This document shows positions 60,740 through 64,000 of a stretch of DNA of 64,000 nucleotides, piece after piece; the first letter of the stretch is position 1; every line of letters starts with the position of its first letter. Position numbers and translations under genes: made by a program. A model generated the notes under the pieces. That model saw only the letters and a list, made by a program, of their open reading frames with translations, was not told where the DNA came from and did no database searches. Origin of the DNA: Eledone cirrhosa (Eukaryota); contig OZ024759.1 of NCBI GenBank assembly GCA_964016885.1, positions 26,226,001 to 26,290,000 of the forward strand, written 5' to 3'.

Positions 60740-62090
60740 TGTTGATGGTGGTGCTATTACTTCTGTTGGTGATGATAGTGCTGATGGTGATGGTGGTGCT
60801 ATTACTGCTGTTGGTGATGATGATAGTGTTGTTGCTATTGCACATGGTGATGGTGGTGCTATTGTTGATGTTGATGGTGATACTACTACTGCTGCTGTTG
60901 CTATTGTTGATGTTGCTGATATTGCTATTACTGCTGCTGATGATGGTGCTATTACTGCTGCTGTTGTTGTTGATAATCCTAATATTACTGCTGATGATGA
61001 TGGTGGTATTACTGTTGATGTTGTTATTGTTGCTGCTGGTGATGGTGCTATTACTGCTGCTGTTGTTGTTACTGATAATTCTATTGCTGATGCTATTGTT
61101 GCTGCTGATGATGGCACTATTACTGCTGCGGTTGTTATTGTTGCTGCTGCTGTTGCTATGGTTGCTGCTGATGATGGTGCTATTACTGCTGCTGTTGTTG
61201 TTGATAATCCTAATATTACTGCTGATGGTGATGATGCTATTACTGCTGCTGTTGTTGTTACTGATAATTCTATTGCTGATGCTATTGTTGCTGTTGTTGA
61301 TGGCACTATTACTGCTGCGGTTGTTATTGTTGCTGTTGCTATGGTTGCTGCTGATGATGGCATTATGACTGTTGATATTATTGTTGCTGTTGGTGATGAC
61401 TACTTACTATTACTGCTGCTGTTATTGTTGCTGCTGCTTATGGTGGTGCTATTGCTGTTACTGTTGCTGTTGTTGATAGTCCTAATATTACTGCTGATGT
61501 TTGCTATTGTTGCTGTTGATGGTGCTATTACTGCTAATGTTATTGTTGCAGCTGTTGATGGTGGTGCTGTTGTTGCTGATGATGATGGTACTATTACTGC
61601 TGTTGTTGTTATTGCTGTTACTGCTGTTGGTGGTGGTGCTATTACTGTTGCTGTTGTTGCGAGCCTACTATTACTGCTGTTGTTGTTATTGTTGCTGCTG
61701 ATGGTGGTGGTGGTGCTATTACTGTTTCTGTTGCTGTTGTTGCTGTTGCTTACGAGCCTACTATTACTGCTGTTGTTGTTATTGTTGCTGCTGATGGTGG
61801 TGGTGGTGCTATTACTGTTTCTGTTGCTTACGATCCTACTATTACTGCTGTTGTTGTTATTGTTGCTGCTGATGGTGGTGGTGGTGCTATTACTGTTTCT
61901 GTTGCTTACGATCCTACTATTACTGCTGTTGTTGTTATTGTTGCTGCTGATGATGGTGGTGGTGCTATTACTGGTTTCTGTTGCTGTTGTTGCTTACGAG
62001 CCTACTATTACTGTTGTTGTTGTTATTGTTGCTGCTGATGGTCATAATATCATTGCTGCTATTGTTATTGTCGTTATTGTTGCTGTCAAT
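60740..62090. repeat. Degenerate (GCT/GTT/GAT)n region with higher-order tandem units
   Basis: Direct inspection. Confidence 0.9.
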
Positions 62091-62577
62091 ATGATAACCA
62101 GTTTAGTTCTATTAATTGTATATATTACATGCGGTAACACCAGACAATTGCCTACACGACCACGGCTTTATTAACAGGTCAAATTAGGCTTTCTATACAT
62201 AATAATCTAAATTATCTCCCCTTCTCACACTCTCCACCTTCTCAGAAATATTTCCAGCACAGAGACAGACAGACATTCTCTCTCCATTTCTATACCATTC
62301 AGGTCCCCACCTCTCTCTTTTCTGCATCATCTTTACACAGTTGCTATATATATTTGTGTGTGTATATGTATGTGTACGTCAACATATAAACTCGTATAGA
62401 TATATGCATACGTACATGGATTTTATGTCTGTACGTATGTATATGGTATATGCCTATATATATATATATATATGAAAAAATCCACTCGACTATCCCAAGT
62501 ATCGAGTACTCCGGTGAGTAACGGTCTAACTGGTTTTTATTGCATCCATTCTGATTTATATATATATGTATATAGTA

Positions 62578-62609
<32 letters not shown>

Positions 62610-62830
62610 CATATACACACACGACAAACAAAAACACATATGTATGTATATATGTATATATGTGTGTGTGTGTGTGGAATTGCCATTTAAAGACACCATT
62701 GTATAATCACATCTATCGACCTACCTACCTATCTATCTATCTATCTATCTTTATTACTCTTTTATTTTTCTCTTTTCACTTCCTTACACCCATATTTACT
62801 CTTTCTTAATCTATTATCCCCTCTACCCCT

Positions 62831-62861
<31 letters not shown>

Positions 62862-63064
62862 CCAATCACCCATCTCTAATTCATTGTCTGTTATAAGCGT
62901 CTCTCTATCTCCCTCTTCCTCTTTATTCCTCGGACTATCCCTCTTACTGATGACCATATCATATCTCTCATTCTTTTACCTTCTTTATCTTCCTCTGTTT
63001 CTTTTCATGGCAATCCTAATCTCTCTCCCCTTCTCTCTCTTCGAACTGTCCCTCTCTCTCTCCC

Positions 63065-63117
<53 letters not shown>

Positions 63118-64000
63118 AACATGTCCCACCCTCCATCTCCTCTTTCTCTCTCAATCTTTCTCTCCTTTCATCATTTCACATCTCTCTTCCGTTTCCTATC
63201 GTCATCTGAATTCTCTCTCCTTCTCTATCTCTCCCTCTCTAATTCTCCCTCTCTATCTCTCTCCCGATCTCAACCACAGCCACCACAAGCAGCACCACCA
63301 CATCACCACCACCAACAACAACACCACCACAAAAACCAACAACAACAACACCACCACCACTACCACCAGCATCAATTCCACCACAACCACAAACATCGCC
63401 ACCACCGTCAACATCAACCTCACCGCAAACACCACCATCATCAGGACCACCACCACCGTCAACATCAATTCCACCACAACCACAACCACCACCATCAATT
63501 CCACCATAATCACTAACATCGCCACCACCGCCAACAACAACCCCACCACCACTACCACTTCCACCATGGCCGCTACCATCTCCATCCTCACCACTCTAAT
63601 ATCAAGGATGGTCATGAAGGCAATGCCTGCTGGGTAGGTAGGTCTCCCCTGTCCATCGTAATCCCCACCCCAAAGTCCATCACATCAACAACACCACTCC
63701 TAGCGTCGTCAACTGAGACACATACAGTCATACACACAGCCACACACAACTACACACAGGTACACACAACTACACACAGGTACACACAACCACAGTTACA
63801 CACAACTACACACAGGTACACACAACCACAGTTACACACAACCACAGTTACACACCATCACACACAGTTACACACACAGCCACACGCAGTTAGACACATC
63901 CACACACGCACACACAGCCACAGACAGAACCACAGCCACACCCATCCATACACACAGCCACAAACATCCACACAGCCACAAACATCCACACAGCCACAAA

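Noticed and set aside
60688-62174. Poly-Leu and Ala/Val ORFs
   Set aside because: (GCT/GTT/GAT)n repeat translations.

Overview
This is repeat-saturated, AT-rich animal DNA. The SINE families and the huge (TA)n, (CA)n, (GATA)n and trinucleotide arrays point to an octopod cephalopod, which is an inference from recognised repeats. Only one host gene segment is supported: the terminal homeobox exon of an NK1/slouch (Nkx1) gene on the minus strand (53094-53650). Its upstream exon(s) are not visible, and a 200-N scaffold gap lies in the intron. Almost all other ORFs in the track are microsatellite artefacts. Transposon remnants include an RTE LINE with a clean twin-priming 5' inversion, an RTE-BovB-like zinc-finger end, a CR1-like 3' end, a probable Tx1/L1-like ORF1, a Tigger/pogo fragment, a hAT-type MITE and many tRNA-derived SINEs. 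The most striking signal is non-coding. About 15 hammerhead-ribozyme (HHR) cores or half-cores of several subfamilies lie in short unique islands, mostly set in (TA)n tracts. Four islands are fold-back inverted repeats containing the ribozyme (36740-36891, 37512-37906, 42673-43192, 47866-47967). Two cores carry the compensatory U3-A8 change, and many tails share a palindromic GAGTACTC motif. This looks like a dense population of non-autonomous Penelope-like (pLTR/retrozyme-type) elements. All folds were assigned by eye; no computation or database search was run.
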